A stretch of 64,000 nucleotides of DNA from an uncultured Muribaculaceae bacterium (GCA_910589425.1 CAJUSZ010000001.1:60187-124186); one strand, 5' to 3'. Counted from the first letter of the stretch, positions 1 through 11,520 are shown. Notes: generated by a model not told the origin, from the sequence alone. Numbers and translations are program-made.

Positions 1-1
1 G

Positions 2-1318
2 GCGCTGATTTTTATGTCCATTGGTATGGCGGCAGCTTCGCCCGTTACGGTCAATGGCACACCCTTGCCACCGATTGCTGTGACCGCCGATAAAAGTTCC
101 GGACTTGATGAAGTACTTGTTGTAAATTCGGTTTATGCCCCGGAAGTCTCTTATGAGTCCTCATCTACGTCAACAAGGCCTAAATGGTATAGATATTCAT
201 CTCTCGGAGGCGGATATGCTGAGGAAATAGCGAATGTTTCCTACGATGGAAATATGAGCGCGATCAGCAATGCAGATACCGACATGGGTTACATCATAGA
301 AGATGGAGATTCGCGCTATTATTTCTGGATTGTCGGATATGAGAATCACGACCTGGATATAACTTCTGTATCGGTTTCCGATGAGTCAGATTGCGACCGG
401 ACCGTACTGAATGTGAGCGGGAAAGGAAGTGAGATCCATTATTATGGAATAAACGGACGAAGATTCATCCTTCCTCGCGAAATTGAAGTACGGTATCTCA
501 ACCTCGAATGGAACGACGAGAGGAAGAATTATGAGCAGACAGAACAGATAAAGTCCATTGATGGAATAGATCATGCCATTTTAATCACTCCGCCTGTTTA
601 TTGTGCCACATCGTTCACTATAGAGGGGGACAGGTTTCTGAAAGTATGGAATCGTCAGGTTTCCGCGTCTACTCCAACATATCATCCTGTAGCGGTTGAA
701 TGCCATACTTCCGCAACCCAGGCGGAAGGCGATGATAATTCAAACCAGATTTCATCCGGTGGGGATGGACTTGGCGGGTCAGCTCCGGCCGAGATAGAAT
801 TCAACGCTTACATAACCGATGCTGTTATTCATACTGAGTGGCAGATATCAACTGATCCGGATTTCGGAAATATAGAATACCGTCTGAATGGGCAGGATCT
901 GAGTTTTACATTCAGAGATGAGGGAACACGATATGTCCGCTTCGTTGGCAGCAATGATAACGGATCGTGTGAGACATACGGAGACACTTATACCGTAAGC
1001 ATCGGGGCTTCAGAGCTGAAATGTCCCAATGCGTTCTCGCCTGGAGCATCTGAAGGCGTGAATGATGAATGGAAAGTGGCATATCGGTCGATAGTGGATT
1101 TCGAATGCTGGATCTTCGACCGGTATGGAACAAAGATGTACCATTTCACAGATCCATCCGCCGGATGGGACGGCTGTTACAGAGGCAAGCTTGTTTCTCC
1201 AGGAGTCTATTACTACGTTATCAAGGCAAAAGGTGCTGACGGAAAGAATTATAAACTGAGCGGAGACATAAACATTCTCCGTTATAAGGGACGGAAAGGA
1301 GTTAACTCCGGTTCTTAA
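2..1318 (+). CDS. Secreted protein with gliding-motility-associated (T9SS type B, CHU_C-like) C-terminal domain; 5'-partial
   Basis: Frame is open from base 2 (ALIFMSIGMAAAS resembles the end of a signal peptide). C-terminus CPNAFSP..NDEW..IFDRYG..WDG..PGVYYY is the type B CTD signature. Confidence 0.8.
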   Translation, partial: ALIFMSIGMAAASPVTVNGTPLPPIAVTADKSSGLDEVLVVNSVYAPEVSYESSSTSTRPKWYRYSSLGGGYAEEIANVSYDGNMSAISNADTDMGYIIEDGDSRYYFWIVGYENHDLDITSVSVSDESDCDRTVLNVSGKGSEIHYYGINGRRFILPREIEVRYLNLEWNDERKNYEQTEQIKSIDGIDHAILITPPVYCATSFTIEGDRFLKVWNRQVSASTPTYHPVAVECHTSATQAEGDDNSNQISSGGDGLGGSAPAEIEFNAYITDAVIHTEWQISTDPDFGNIEYRLNGQDLSFTFRDEGTRYVRFVGSNDNGSCETYGDTYTVSIGASELKCPNAFSPGASEGVNDEWKVAYRSIVDFECWIFDRYGTKMYHFTDPSAGWDGCYRGKLVSPGVYYYVIKAKGADGKNYKLSGDINILRYKGRKGVNSGS

Positions 1319-1343
1319 TCAGTTTTAAAATCATAAGAAAACG

Positions 1344-4178
1344 ATGCAAAATATAGATATTGTTCCATCCGGTTCCGTTGATGTTTTCGGAGCCAGGGTA
1401 CACAATCTCAAAAATATAGACGTCAGTATCCCGCATGGCTCTCTTACAGTCATTACCGGCTTAAGCGGATGTGGAAAATCGTCTCTCGCTTTCGATACTA
1501 TCTTTGCTGAAGGTCAGCGCCGTTATATCGAGACATTCTCCTCATACGCCAGAAATATGCTCGGTTCGCTGGAACGGCCAGACGTAGACAGAATTACCGG
1601 TCTATCCCCAGTGATAAGCATCGAGCAAAAGACTGTCAACAAGAATCCTCGCTCCACAATAGGGACAACTACGGAGATATACGATTTCTTCCGTTTGCTT
1701 TATGCACGTCTCGGAGAGGCACGGAGTTATATATCGGGGCTTCCGATGGTCAAATATTCTAAAGATAAGATCGTGGATCTCATCGCGGAGAAATATGACG
1801 GACGGAAGATATATGTTCTCGCACCATTGGTCAAGAATAGAAAAGGACATTATAAGGATCTGTTTGAGAATCTCCGAAAAAAGGGGTATATAAATGTAAG
1901 GATAGACGGGGAACTCAGAGAATTGGCGTATGGGCTAAAACTGGATAGATACCGTAACCATTCCATCGAGCTTGTGGTTGACAGACTCAAAGCAGACAAG
2001 TCTGATTTGCAAAGATTGCGTCAGACTGTTGAGGATGCGTTGAAACAGGGAGACCGACAGCTCATGGTGATGGATATGGAATCAGGTGAGGTCAGACATT
2101 TCAGCCAGCTTCTTATGGATCCTGAAAGCGGCCTGTCTTATCCGGAACCAGCTCCCCACAGTTTCTCATTTAACTCGCATCAAGGTGCGTGCCGTCGATG
2201 CAAAGGACTGGGGTATGTGGATATTGTAGACAGGACGAAGATAATTCCTGATCCCGGGAAATCAATTTTCGACGGAGCAATAGTACCACTTGGGAAATAC
2301 AGGAATTCGTTGATATTCTGGCAAATTGAGGCTATATGCAGATTGTATTCAGCCGACATCAAGACACCAGTCAGAGATCTGCCTGAAGAAGCGATGGAGG
2401 ATATTCTCGGTGGCACAGATGCCAAGCTTGACCTTCGCAACGAAACAATGTCTACCAGCAGATACGATGCAGGATATGAGGGACTGGTAAAGTACATAGA
2501 GATGCAGCAGAGTCTTGAAGCTGGCACTGAGGCCAACAAATGGAGCGGACAGTTTTTTTCACGGACTGTATGCCCTGAATGTAAAGGGAAAAGACTCAAT
2601 AAGGTAGCTCTCCATTTCTTCATAGATGGAAAAAGTATCGCCGATGTCGCCTCTATGGATCTGTCTGATCTGTATGAGTGGACAAAAGGTCTTGAAGACA
2701 GAGTAGATCCGCAGAAAAGAAAAGTAGCTGAGGAAGTATTAAAAGAGATCCGTAGCCGTCTAGGTTTTCTTCTTGATGTGGGATTGCATTATCTTTCGTT
2801 GAATCGCTCCACTGCTTCGCTTAGCGGAGGGGAAAGCCAACGGATAAGACTCGCCACCCAGATCGGATCTCAACTTGTCAATGTGCTGTATATCCTCGAT
2901 GAGCCTTCAATAGGCCTTCATCAGCGTGATAATGAGCGTTTGATTGATTCATTGAAGAAACTCCGCGATATAGGGAACAGCATCATTGTAGTGGAGCATG
3001 ACCGTGATATAATGGATCAGTCTGATTATATTGTAGACATAGGCCCGGGAGCGGGTCGTAAAGGTGGCGAGGTCGTATTCCAGGGTACTCCATCTGAGAT
3101 CAAATCGGCCGGCACACTGACGTCCGACTATCTTTCAGGGAAAAGAAAAATTGAGATTCCATCAATAAGAAGAAAAGGGTCAGGTAAGTATCTTGAGATA
3201 TTCGGAGCATCAGGCCACAATCTTAAGAATGTGGATCTCAGAATCCCTCTTGGTAAATTTGTATGCATAACCGGAGTCAGCGGTTCAGGGAAATCAAGCC
3301 TGATCAACGGCACATTACATCCGATTCTGAGCAAGCACCTTTATAGATCCTTGTCTGAACCACTGCCATACAAAGATGTGCGGGGTCTTGACAACATAGA
3401 TAAGGTCGTTACGGTGGATCAATCACCGCTCGGTAAATCCCCGCGATCAAATCCGGCCACATACACGGGAGTGTTTGCCGACATCAGGAAACTGTTTGTA
3501 TCGCTACCGGATGCAAAGATGCGTGGATATAAACCCGGACGCTTTTCCTTCAATGTGGCAGGAGGCAGATGTGAAACATGCAAGGGCAACGGTTACCGTA
3601 CGATCGAGATGAATTTCCTTCCCGATGTGCTTGTGCCGTGCGAAGAGTGTCATGGGCGAAGATATAACAGGGAGACCCTTGAAGTTAGATTCAAGGGGAA
3701 ATCTATTGCTGATGTGCTTGACATGACAGTAAACCAGGCTGTAGAGTTTTTTGAGAACGTACCTTCAATTCTAAACAAGATCAAGGTGCTTCAGGAGATA
3801 GGACTTGGATATATCAAACTTGGCCAGCCGTCAAGCACACTCAGCGGAGGCGAGAATCAACGCGTCAAACTTGCTACCGAATTGGCAAAAAGAGACACCG
3901 GAAATACCATGTTCATACTCGATGAGCCTACCACCGGGCTTCATTTTGAGGACATACGGGTGCTTCTTGGAGTGATAAACAAGATTACCGACAAAGGTAA
4001 CACAATGGTGGTCATCGAACACAATATGGACGTCATAAAGTGTGCGGACCATATCATAGACCTCGGGCCGGAAGGCGGTCGTGAAGGCGGATCGATAATC
4101 GCTGAAGGTTCTCCTGAGGATATTGTCGAGACCGACACGCCGACAACCCGTTTTCTGAGGGAGGAATTGAGACGATGA
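1344..4178 (+). CDS. uvrA: Excinuclease ABC subunit A
   Basis: [11 protein letters not shown], two Walker A motifs ([18 protein letters not shown]), [16 protein letters not shown], zinc fingers; 944 aa. Confidence 0.98.
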   Translation: MQNIDIVPSGSVDVFGARVHNLKNIDVSIPHGSLTVITGLSGCGKSSLAFDTIFAEGQRRYIETFSSYARNMLGSLERPDVDRITGLSPVISIEQKTVNKNPRSTIGTTTEIYDFFRLLYARLGEARSYISGLPMVKYSKDKIVDLIAEKYDGRKIYVLAPLVKNRKGHYKDLFENLRKKGYINVRIDGELRELAYGLKLDRYRNHSIELVVDRLKADKSDLQRLRQTVEDALKQGDRQLMVMDMESGEVRHFSQLLMDPESGLSYPEPAPHSFSFNSHQGACRRCKGLGYVDIVDRTKIIPDPGKSIFDGAIVPLGKYRNSLIFWQIEAICRLYSADIKTPVRDLPEEAMEDILGGTDAKLDLRNETMSTSRYDAGYEGLVKYIEMQQSLEAGTEANKWSGQFFSRTVCPECKGKRLNKVALHFFIDGKSIADVASMDLSDLYEWTKGLEDRVDPQKRKVAEEVLKEIRSRLGFLLDVGLHYLSLNRSTASLSGGESQRIRLATQIGSQLVNVLYILDEPSIGLHQRDNERLIDSLKKLRDIGNSIIVVEHDRDIMDQSDYIVDIGPGAGRKGGEVVFQGTPSEIKSAGTLTSDYLSGKRKIEIPSIRRKGSGKYLEIFGASGHNLKNVDLRIPLGKFVCITGVSGSGKSSLINGTLHPILSKHLYRSLSEPLPYKDVRGLDNIDKVVTVDQSPLGKSPRSNPATYTGVFADIRKLFVSLPDAKMRGYKPGRFSFNVAGGRCETCKGNGYRTIEMNFLPDVLVPCEECHGRRYNRETLEVRFKGKSIADVLDMTVNQAVEFFENVPSILNKIKVLQEIGLGYIKLGQPSSTLSGGENQRVKLATELAKRDTGNTMFILDEPTTGLHFEDIRVLLGVINKITDKGNTMVVIEHNMDVIKCADHIIDLGPEGGREGGSIIAEGSPEDIVETDTPTTRFLREELRR

Positions 4179-4212
4179 CGTATCTCAAACGTATTAAATC
4201 AAATCATTGGTT

Positions 4213-4941
4213 ATGGCTTCGATGTACGGTACAATCATGGATCTTCCCCTGTTTAAAGGAATATCCGAAGATCAGGTATCTGCCTTTTTAGAAAAGACAA
4301 ATATTGAGTTTCAGAATCTTCAGAAAGGCGAGACGCTTTATCTGGAGGGGGAGCCATGCACAGACATCAAATACCTTATAAGCGGAACAATCGGGCGCAC
4401 ACACAGGCTTGTTTCTCCTCGATGCACGATTAAAGAGATTCTGCCTGCCGGTACTGTTTTTGGGGCGGAAAGGCTATTCGGATTGAATACATGCTACGCA
4501 GATAAGGCTGTGGCAGCCACGCCGTCAAGTATCATGAAATTTTCAAAAGAACAGTATTTGAGATTGCTTGCATCGGATGAGATCTATCTCATGAATGTGC
4601 TGAATTTTCTCTCTCTGAGGGCGCAAAGGTCAATCGATTCATTGAATAACATATATTCAAGTAGTCTGCTCGGGCATATCGGATACTGGATAGCCACAAT
4701 GACAGACCGCTGCTCGACAGGTATAGAGATTCAATGTAATATAAAAGATCTCGTGGAGATCACAGGAATACGCATCACAGATCTGAAAGGACAGATAAGG
4801 GATCTTAAAAGAGATGGAATCCTCTCATATACGGCCGGACTGTTCAAGATAAATTCAAGGAGCGAGATTCTTGAAGCGGCGGTCAGGGAACATGCAAGGC
4901 TTGTCTCTGCTGACGAAGCCAGTCAGGAGACATCAAAATAA
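4213..4941 (+). CDS. Crp/Fnr family transcriptional regulator
   Basis: N-terminal LPLFKGI plus cNMP-binding-like region (KGETLYLEGE, GTVFGAE) and C-terminal HTH-like segment. ATG at 4213 chosen over TTG at 4207. Confidence 0.8.
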   Translation: MASMYGTIMDLPLFKGISEDQVSAFLEKTNIEFQNLQKGETLYLEGEPCTDIKYLISGTIGRTHRLVSPRCTIKEILPAGTVFGAERLFGLNTCYADKAVAATPSSIMKFSKEQYLRLLASDEIYLMNVLNFLSLRAQRSIDSLNNIYSSSLLGHIGYWIATMTDRCSTGIEIQCNIKDLVEITGIRITDLKGQIRDLKRDGILSYTAGLFKINSRSEILEAAVREHARLVSADEASQETSK

Positions 4942-4948
4942 ATCTACC

Positions 4949-5377
4949 TTATGAAATGTCAGTCTCACGTCTGCCCTTGAATATCTTTGCTGTAAATGCG
5001 AATCTGACAAGAATATAGTTAATCGGGAAACTTATTGCTATTGCAGGCAACAAAGCGAGAGTCGGCCCTACAATGCCTTTGAATATGGCCACCAGCCCAG
5101 TCTGCAATCCCATGTTGAAAAGATGACTGAGAGTGAATCCAAATCCTTTCTTAGCGTTGGGTCTTGAGTGGAACGTAAAATAACTTGAAAGGAAAAAATT
5201 AAAGACAAAACTTATAGCATAGCTTATCAATGTAGATGGCACGGCAGGCACTTTGACGGCATTGACAAAGACAACATAGAGTCCATACTGTATAATGGTC
5301 GCCGTTACGCCAACAAGGCCAAAGCGAAATATCTCAGCCAGACGACTTCTTCCGGTAATTAGTTTCCGAAGATCCAT
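4949..5377 (-). CDS. GtrA family membrane protein
   Basis: RFGLVG, four hydrophobic helices, FNFFLSSYFTF. Confidence 0.85.
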   Translation of the reverse strand: MDLRKLITGRSRLAEIFRFGLVGVTATIIQYGLYVVFVNAVKVPAVPSTLISYAISFVFNFFLSSYFTFHSRPNAKKGFGFTLSHLFNMGLQTGLVAIFKGIVGPTLALLPAIAISFPINYILVRFAFTAKIFKGRRETDIS

Positions 5378-5416
5378 TGTTTGTGATGTTTGGTCAGGGG
5401 GGATTCAATTGGTTAA

Positions 5417-6037
5417 TTAATCCAAGTCAGTGGATTTTTGAATGATCCTGTTTACGGAATCAATATATTCAAGAAGTTCATCCCTGCCGGATTTCTTTTC
5501 AGAAGATGTTACGAATATTGGCGGCAAGGTTTCCCACTCTTTTAATAGTTCAAGTTTGTACCTCTCTATGTTGGCCTGGGCTGCTGTCTTACTCAATTTG
5601 TCTGATTTTGTAAAGACTATTGCAAAAGGCACACCATTATTCCCAAGCCATCTCATGAAATTGACATCTACAGGCTGCGGTTTGTGCCGTACATCGATCA
5701 GCACAAACAGTGAAGTGAGCTGTTTTCTTCCGAGGATATAGCTCTGGATTATCCTCTGTATCTCTTCACGCTGGCTTTTTCCTCTGGCGGCATACCCATA
5801 CCCAGGCAGGTCAACTATGTTCCATTCTCCATTGTTTATTGCGAAATGGTTGATCAGAAGGGTCTTCCCAGGTGTCTGGGAAGTCTTTGCAAGCCCTTTG
5901 CTTCGGGTAAGCATATTGATAAGAGACGATTTTCCCACATTTGAACGCCCTATGAAAGCGTATTCTGGAGAATCCGTGTCGGGACACTTATCGACATCTA
6001 CGTTGCTTACTACATATTTGGCATTCTGAATTTCCAT
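5417..6037 (-). CDS. engB: Ribosome biogenesis GTPase YihA/YsxC/EngB
   Basis: [29 protein letters not shown]. Confidence 0.96.
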   Translation of the reverse strand: MEIQNAKYVVSNVDVDKCPDTDSPEYAFIGRSNVGKSSLINMLTRSKGLAKTSQTPGKTLLINHFAINNGEWNIVDLPGYGYAARGKSQREEIQRIIQSYILGRKQLTSLFVLIDVRHKPQPVDVNFMRWLGNNGVPFAIVFTKSDKLSKTAAQANIERYKLELLKEWETLPPIFVTSSEKKSGRDELLEYIDSVNRIIQKSTDLD

Positions 6038-6058
6038 ATCGAAAACTATTTTATCGGG

Positions 6059-7432
6059 CTATTCAAAAAAAATCTCATGAACCGCTTGCAAAGCATGGTT
6101 TGTATCGTCGGCATCGACTACATAGGCATGATTGGAAGACGATGCTCCATGTGAAGAGGCGAGAACTTCAATACCCTGCCTCTGAAGTGAATTGAAGATT
6201 CTTGGCCCGATTGAACTTATATCGCCGATGTTTTCTCCGACTATCGCCAGAATAGCCTTATTGTCATGTCTTGCAATTCTATTTATTCTACCTTCTTCCA
6301 TATCCGGAGCGAACTCATTAAGCAGGGCTTTGAGCGCATTGTCCGCGTCATGTTCGGAAAGTGCGAACGAGAAACTTGACCGCTCCACGGATTGGGATAC
6401 GAGAATGACACTGATCCCATTTTTGGCCAATGTATTGAACGTTCTGGAATTCACGTCGGGAGTATTGTCTGCCGCATCACCTTCGATTGTAAAGAGGCTT
6501 ATGTTGCGCATGGTAGTTGCGCCTTTGGGAATGCATCCGGATGGGGCAGAGTCTCTGTTGTCTGTGATCCATGTTCCGGGGGCTTCGTGATTGAACGTGT
6601 TTAAAATGCGGATCGGTATGTTTTTATGAAACACCGGATAAATTGTCGGTGGATATATGACCTTGGCGCCGAACGAACAAAGTTCCATACTTTCCACGAA
6701 TGAAAGATGGTCTATCACTTTTGCATTTGATATGATACGGGGATCCGCGGTCATAAATCCGTCTACATCAGTCCAGATTTCAAGTTCATCAGCGTTGAGA
6801 GAGGCGGCAATCAGTGCAGCTGTATAGTCGCTGCCGCCTCTTCCAAGATTTGTAATTTCTCCATTATCCCGGTCAGTGGCAATGAATCCACCGCAAACTG
6901 CCACACCATTCCCAAAGGATCCGAATGCTTGCCTGATCAGACTGTCTGTAAGTTTTGAATCCGCAATGTTTTTATTGAACCACTTTTCTGTTTTGATGAA
7001 AGTAGTGGAGTCAAAATGCTTGGCTCCGGCAATTATTCTGCTGACAATCACAGAAGAGATTCGCTCTCCATAACTTACGATCCTGTCGAGCGTCTTTTCA
7101 GGGAGGTTTCTGATCAACGCGACCCCATCGTAAAGGTCTGACAAATCAGCAAGCATCGGCGAAATAATATCGATAACCTCTTTCTGTTTGCAGGGATCTA
7201 TCGTTTCAGAAATTATATCGTAATGACGGTTTGCTATTCCGTCCATGTTATTTTTATATGCGGCATTGCCGGCAGCTGCATCATTTGCTGTTGAGATGAG
7301 CCTGTCCGTCAATCCTCCGAGTGCAGATACAACGACAATGGCCGGTCCGTTCAATCCCTCCACAATCTTTTTGACGTGTGCGAGACTCTTGGAAGTTCCA
7401 ACCGAAGTCCCGCCAAATTTCAATACTTTCAT
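6059..7432 (-). CDS. Aspartate kinase with two ACT domains (ThrA-like, no homoserine dehydrogenase domain)
   Basis: KFGGTSVG, VVSALGG, LGRGGSDYTA, WTDVDG, FGAKV; ends after the ACT domains at 457 aa. Confidence 0.92.
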   Translation of the reverse strand: MKVLKFGGTSVGTSKSLAHVKKIVEGLNGPAIVVVSALGGLTDRLISTANDAAAGNAAYKNNMDGIANRHYDIISETIDPCKQKEVIDIISPMLADLSDLYDGVALIRNLPEKTLDRIVSYGERISSVIVSRIIAGAKHFDSTTFIKTEKWFNKNIADSKLTDSLIRQAFGSFGNGVAVCGGFIATDRDNGEITNLGRGGSDYTAALIAASLNADELEIWTDVDGFMTADPRIISNAKVIDHLSFVESMELCSFGAKVIYPPTIYPVFHKNIPIRILNTFNHEAPGTWITDNRDSAPSGCIPKGATTMRNISLFTIEGDAADNTPDVNSRTFNTLAKNGISVILVSQSVERSSFSFALSEHDADNALKALLNEFAPDMEEGRINRIARHDNKAILAIVGENIGDISSIGPRIFNSLQRQGIEVLASSHGASSSNHAYVVDADDTNHALQAVHEIFFE

Positions 7433-7598
7433 ATCTGACCTGTTCAGTTTGCGACTACAAAGTTAACATTTTAGAACCGTAAAACGCCTATTTAATCAAG
7501 AATTTTTTAATTTTGCACATTGTGTGTGATATGACAGGATACTCACGAGTCTGCGGTGATTCAATGAACTATCCCGTCAGCCTATTGTAGATAATTAT

Positions 7599-8198
7599 AT
7601 GGACATCGAATCTATACTGTTTGGCTCTTTTGGAGGGCAAAAAACCGACATATCACCGGGAGACATATTGATCGCCCAGCCAATGATGAATGATTTTTTT
7701 GCAAGATCTGTCATTCTGATGCTTACCGCTGATCCCGGCAAAGGATATATGGGACTTGTGATGAACCATCCTGTAAGTCTGACAATGCAGGATATCCTTC
7801 CCGAGTGGGACAATGGCAAGCATATACCTCTTCACGCAGGAGGTCCTGTAGACCTCGAGCGCCTGTTCATGCTTCACACGCTTGGTGATGTGTTCAAAGG
7901 ATCAAAGGAGATCTTACCTGGAATGTATATCGGTGCAGATCTTGGAGATGTGGTTGAGTTTGTCGAGAATGGGGGAGAAGTAGAAGGACACATGAGGTTC
8001 ATGCTGGGTTACAGCGGGTGGGCTGCAAACCAGCTGGACAGCGAATTACTGCGCAGAACATGGGCGGTGGGGAAAAAAGACTCGACAGAGGCTTTGCTCA
8101 CAGGCGATGGTGATGATTACTGGAGACGCCAAGTCAGACGCTTGGGGGATTCATTCAGAAGCTGGCTTATGATTCCAAACGATCCTTCTATGAATTAG
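7599..8198 (+). CDS. YqgE/AlgH family protein
   Basis: FARSVI, GLVMN, GGPV, LGYSGW..QL..E, PSMN terminus. Confidence 0.93.
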   Translation: MDIESILFGSFGGQKTDISPGDILIAQPMMNDFFARSVILMLTADPGKGYMGLVMNHPVSLTMQDILPEWDNGKHIPLHAGGPVDLERLFMLHTLGDVFKGSKEILPGMYIGADLGDVVEFVENGGEVEGHMRFMLGYSGWAANQLDSELLRRTWAVGKKDSTEALLTGDGDDYWRRQVRRLGDSFRSWLMIPNDPSMN

Positions 8199-8220
8199 CG
8201 GAACATGAAAGCGTGAACGG

Positions 8221-8673
8221 TCATTTCATCATTACGCGTGCGAGATTACGCTTGTCTTCACGTTCCTTGATGCTCTGGCGCTTGTCGTATTGCTTTTTGC
8301 CTCGACCTATACCGATTACGAGTTTTGCAAAGCCACGTTCAGAAATAAATATCTTAATCGGAACGACTGTGTAACCGGGATCCTCCGAGGCTTTTGCAAT
8401 TTTTGCAATCTCTTTCTTGTTTAACAATAGCTTGCGGTCTCTTCTTGCAGAATGGTTGTTATATGAGCCATAAAAGTATTCTGATATGTTTATTCCCTTG
8501 GCCCAGACCTCGCCGTTATCTATGACACAATATGAATCCACCAGCGAGGCTTTTCCTGCGCGTATCGATTTGATCTCGGTTCCTGTAAGAACCATTCCAG
8601 CTGTGTAAGTCTCGGATATTTCGTAGTCGAAAGATGCACGACGGTTTTTTATATTTATTTGGCTTGCTTTCAT
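8221..8673 (-). CDS. smpB: SsrA-binding protein
   Basis: [34 protein letters not shown]. Confidence 0.98.
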   Translation of the reverse strand: MKASQINIKNRRASFDYEISETYTAGMVLTGTEIKSIRAGKASLVDSYCVIDNGEVWAKGINISEYFYGSYNNHSARRDRKLLLNKKEIAKIAKASEDPGYTVVPIKIFISERGFAKLVIGIGRGKKQYDKRQSIKEREDKRNLARVMMK

Positions 8674-8688
8674 TATGATAAAAATGTT

Positions 8689-9405
8689 TTAATATGGCTG
8701 CGCATCAGGGATCATCAGTGAAAAGACCCATTTCAGAAGTTCTGGAATACCAATAGTAAGCAATGAAAGCATTGTCATGAGAATAGTACTACGGTTTTCA
8801 GGACATCTTAAGAATCGCACGCCTTTTACTATTATATAAATAGTATACAAGGGGAAGAATACAAACAGAGGCTGGAGAAACGGAGCCAGTTCAATCAGGA
8901 TCTGAATCATGGCTAATGTTGAGAGTGCCACAAGAATGAAATTCCTCCCGAACGGTGTATCAAATATATTCCTGCAATCCCGGGGTAAAACCAGTTTCGA
9001 GAAAAGCACAACCGTATAGAATCCAAGAAAATATGCAAGAAACAATATGAATGCTCCCACAACAAGATTCTGTAGAGGGGAATTTTCATAGAATAGCCCC
9101 GAAAAATGTGATATGGCCAGAATTGCAAGAAGCGGATAAAAACAGGATTGAGCAAATAAATCCGATGATATTTTTGCCCGTTTCAACCTTTTCCAACCCT
9201 CCACAGGATTCATTATCACGCTGAAAAGCAATGCCCATCCGTTTTGGTGAGGATAATGGTCATCACCGTTACTCCCCGCACTGTTATTGGGATCTTCACT
9301 CTCTGGCAATACATAATATCCTCCTTCTTCTTCCTGTGTCTGGGAAGAACGCGGAGATAATTCATCTATGCCGACGCCACGTGTATGTTTTTCTTCAGAG
9401 TTCAT
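8689..9405 (-). CDS. Multi-pass membrane protein, probably YIP1 family
   Basis: Acidic disordered N-terminus, then P..GW and about five TM helices; directly upstream of smpB. Confidence 0.6.
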   Translation of the reverse strand: MNSEEKHTRGVGIDELSPRSSQTQEEEGGYYVLPESEDPNNSAGSNGDDHYPHQNGWALLFSVIMNPVEGWKRLKRAKISSDLFAQSCFYPLLAILAISHFSGLFYENSPLQNLVVGAFILFLAYFLGFYTVVLFSKLVLPRDCRNIFDTPFGRNFILVALSTLAMIQILIELAPFLQPLFVFFPLYTIYIIVKGVRFLRCPENRSTILMTMLSLLTIGIPELLKWVFSLMIPDAQPY

Positions 9406-9418
9406 ATTAAAAAGTACA

Positions 9419-9449
9419 CAAAATTACGAAAAAAAAAAATACTGTCAAA
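9419..9449 (-). promoter_or_regulatory. Bacteroidetes primary-sigma promoter for the YIP1-smpB unit
   Basis: Minus strand TTTG (9449-9446), N19, TAATTTTG (9426-9419). Confidence 0.65.
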
Positions 9450-9476
9450 ACCCTGAAACGCGCACCGGACTGCCGG

Positions 9477-9508
9477 GTTGTGAATATCCCGTAAAATTTG
9501 TAATTTTG
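9477..9508 (+). promoter_or_regulatory. Primary-sigma promoter for prfA-pyrF
   Basis: GTTG-N20-TAATTTTG. Confidence 0.6.
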
Positions 9509-9548
9509 CAGTATATTTACAACCCTGACAGCACAGACAGAAATCTCA

Positions 9549-10664
9549 ATGGCTATTTCGGAATCCCCACTTTTAAAGCGTCTTGACGGTATTGACTCAA
9601 GATTTGAAGAGGTCGCTATTCTTATAACTGATCCTGATGTGATATCCGACAGGGGCAGATATGTCAAACTTACGAAGGAATATCATGAGCTGAGCAGGAT
9701 TGTCGCAGCGATGCGCAGATATGAGTCCGCATTGAAAGCTGCTGAAGATGCGCGGGAAATCATAAATACTGAGACAGATCAGGAGATGCGTCAGTTTGCA
9801 AAAGACGAACTTGAGAAAACTCTCGCAAAGATACCTGAAATTGAGGACGAGATAAAACTACTTCTTATTCCCGCCGATCCGGACGACTCAAAAAACGCTA
9901 TAGTAGAGATACGCGGTGGGACAGGTGGTGACGAAGCCGCGCTGTTTGCTGGAGATTTATTCAGGATGTATCAGAGATATGCGGAATCAAAAGGATGGAC
10001 TCTCGCAGTCTCAAGCGTAAGCGAGGGTGCATCCGGGGGATTTAAAGAAATAATCTTCACACTGACCGGGGAGGATGTCTATGGGTTGATGAAATATGAG
10101 AGCGGAGTCCACCGTGTCCAAAGGGTTCCTGCTACAGAAACCCAAGGGCGTGTGCATACTTCTGCGGCAACTGTGGCGGTTCTCCCAGAGGCCGAGGAGT
10201 TTGAAGTTGAGATTCATGAAGGTGAAATCAGGTGGGACACTTTCAGATCCGGTGGTGCGGGTGGACAGAATGTCAATAAGGTTGAATCAGGCGTACGTCT
10301 GCGTTATAATTGGAAAAATCCTATTACGGGAACAGTGGAAGAAATTCTGATCGAATGTACTGAAACGCGCGATCAGCCTAAAAACAAGGAGCGCGCGTTG
10401 TCCCGTCTCAGGAGTTTCATCTATGACCGGGAGCATTCCAAGTATCTCGACGACATAGCCTCCAGACGTAAGACGATGGTAAGCACAGGAGACCGGTCGG
10501 CTAAGATCAGAACCTATAATTTCCCACAGGGGAGAATTACGGATCATCGTATAAATTATACAATATACAATCTTTCAGCATTTATGAATGGTGATATTCA
10601 AGAGTGCATCGATAGGTTGATTGTGGCGGAAAACGCAGAAAAAATGAAAGAATCATCTCTATAA
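9549..10664 (+). CDS. prfA: Peptide chain release factor 1
   Basis: GGQ motif, PAT stop-recognition motif (RVPATE), GTGGDEAALF. Confidence 0.97.
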   Translation: MAISESPLLKRLDGIDSRFEEVAILITDPDVISDRGRYVKLTKEYHELSRIVAAMRRYESALKAAEDAREIINTETDQEMRQFAKDELEKTLAKIPEIEDEIKLLLIPADPDDSKNAIVEIRGGTGGDEAALFAGDLFRMYQRYAESKGWTLAVSSVSEGASGGFKEIIFTLTGEDVYGLMKYESGVHRVQRVPATETQGRVHTSAATVAVLPEAEEFEVEIHEGEIRWDTFRSGGAGGQNVNKVESGVRLRYNWKNPITGTVEEILIECTETRDQPKNKERALSRLRSFIYDREHSKYLDDIASRRKTMVSTGDRSAKIRTYNFPQGRITDHRINYTIYNLSAFMNGDIQECIDRLIVAENAEKMKESSL

Positions 10665-10673
10665 ATAATAATC

Positions 10674-11501
10674 ATGACAAGAAGTGAGCTGATAGGTTGT
10701 ATCAGGCAAAAGGAATCTTTCCTGTGCGTCGGGCTTGATCCTGACATAAAAAAAATTCCCGAACATCTGCTTAGGGAGGAATCCCCGTTGTTTAGTTTCT
10801 GTAGATCAATTGTAGACGCCACTGCACCGTATGCTGTGGCTTACAAGCCCAATCTCGCCTTTTTCGAGGCTGAGGGCGTATCCGGTATCGAGGCATTTGC
10901 CAAAACTGTAGCGTATATCAGAGAGAATTATCCGGATATACTGATAATTGCAGATGCCAAGCGAGGAGATATCGGAAACACATCAGCACTTTATGCCCGC
11001 TCTGCGTTTTCCCATTATGGTGTGGACGCTATCACTGTGGCTCCCTATATGGGTTCGGACAGTGTGAAGCCTTTTCTCGGAGAAGCAGGCAAGTGGGTTA
11101 TACTTCTGGCATTGACTTCCAATCCCGGTTCATCCGATTTCCAGATGCAGGAACTTTCTGACGGCAAGAGACTGTTTGAAAAAGTATTGGAAGTTTCCAA
11201 GACCTGGGCTGGTCCTGAAGAAATGATGTATGTGGTAGGAGCTACCAGAGGGGAGCTTATAGCTGACGTCAGAAAGATTGTTCCAGACAGTTTTCTGCTG
11301 GTGCCCGGAGTCGGTGCCCAGGGTGGAAGTCTGGAGGATGTGTGCCGCTATGGAATGACCCACGATTGCGGATTACTTGTCAATTCATCCCGAGGTATAA
11401 TATATGCCTCTTCAGGCACAGATTTTGCCGAGGCTGCATCTTGTGAGGCTAAAAAATTGAGAGATGCAATGAGCCTATTGCTAAAGGGGCATGTGTTATG
11501 A
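10674..11501 (+). CDS. pyrF: Orotidine-5'-phosphate decarboxylase
   Basis: [40 protein letters not shown]. Confidence 0.97.
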   Translation: MTRSELIGCIRQKESFLCVGLDPDIKKIPEHLLREESPLFSFCRSIVDATAPYAVAYKPNLAFFEAEGVSGIEAFAKTVAYIRENYPDILIIADAKRGDIGNTSALYARSAFSHYGVDAITVAPYMGSDSVKPFLGEAGKWVILLALTSNPGSSDFQMQELSDGKRLFEKVLEVSKTWAGPEEMMYVVGATRGELIADVRKIVPDSFLLVPGVGAQGGSLEDVCRYGMTHDCGLLVNSSRGIIYASSGTDFAEAASCEAKKLRDAMSLLLKGHVL

Positions 11502-11520
11502 CAATTGCTCAAAGAAATGG

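Noticed and set aside
8198..8700. tmRNA near smpB
   Set aside because: No intergenic space and no tRNA-like ends.
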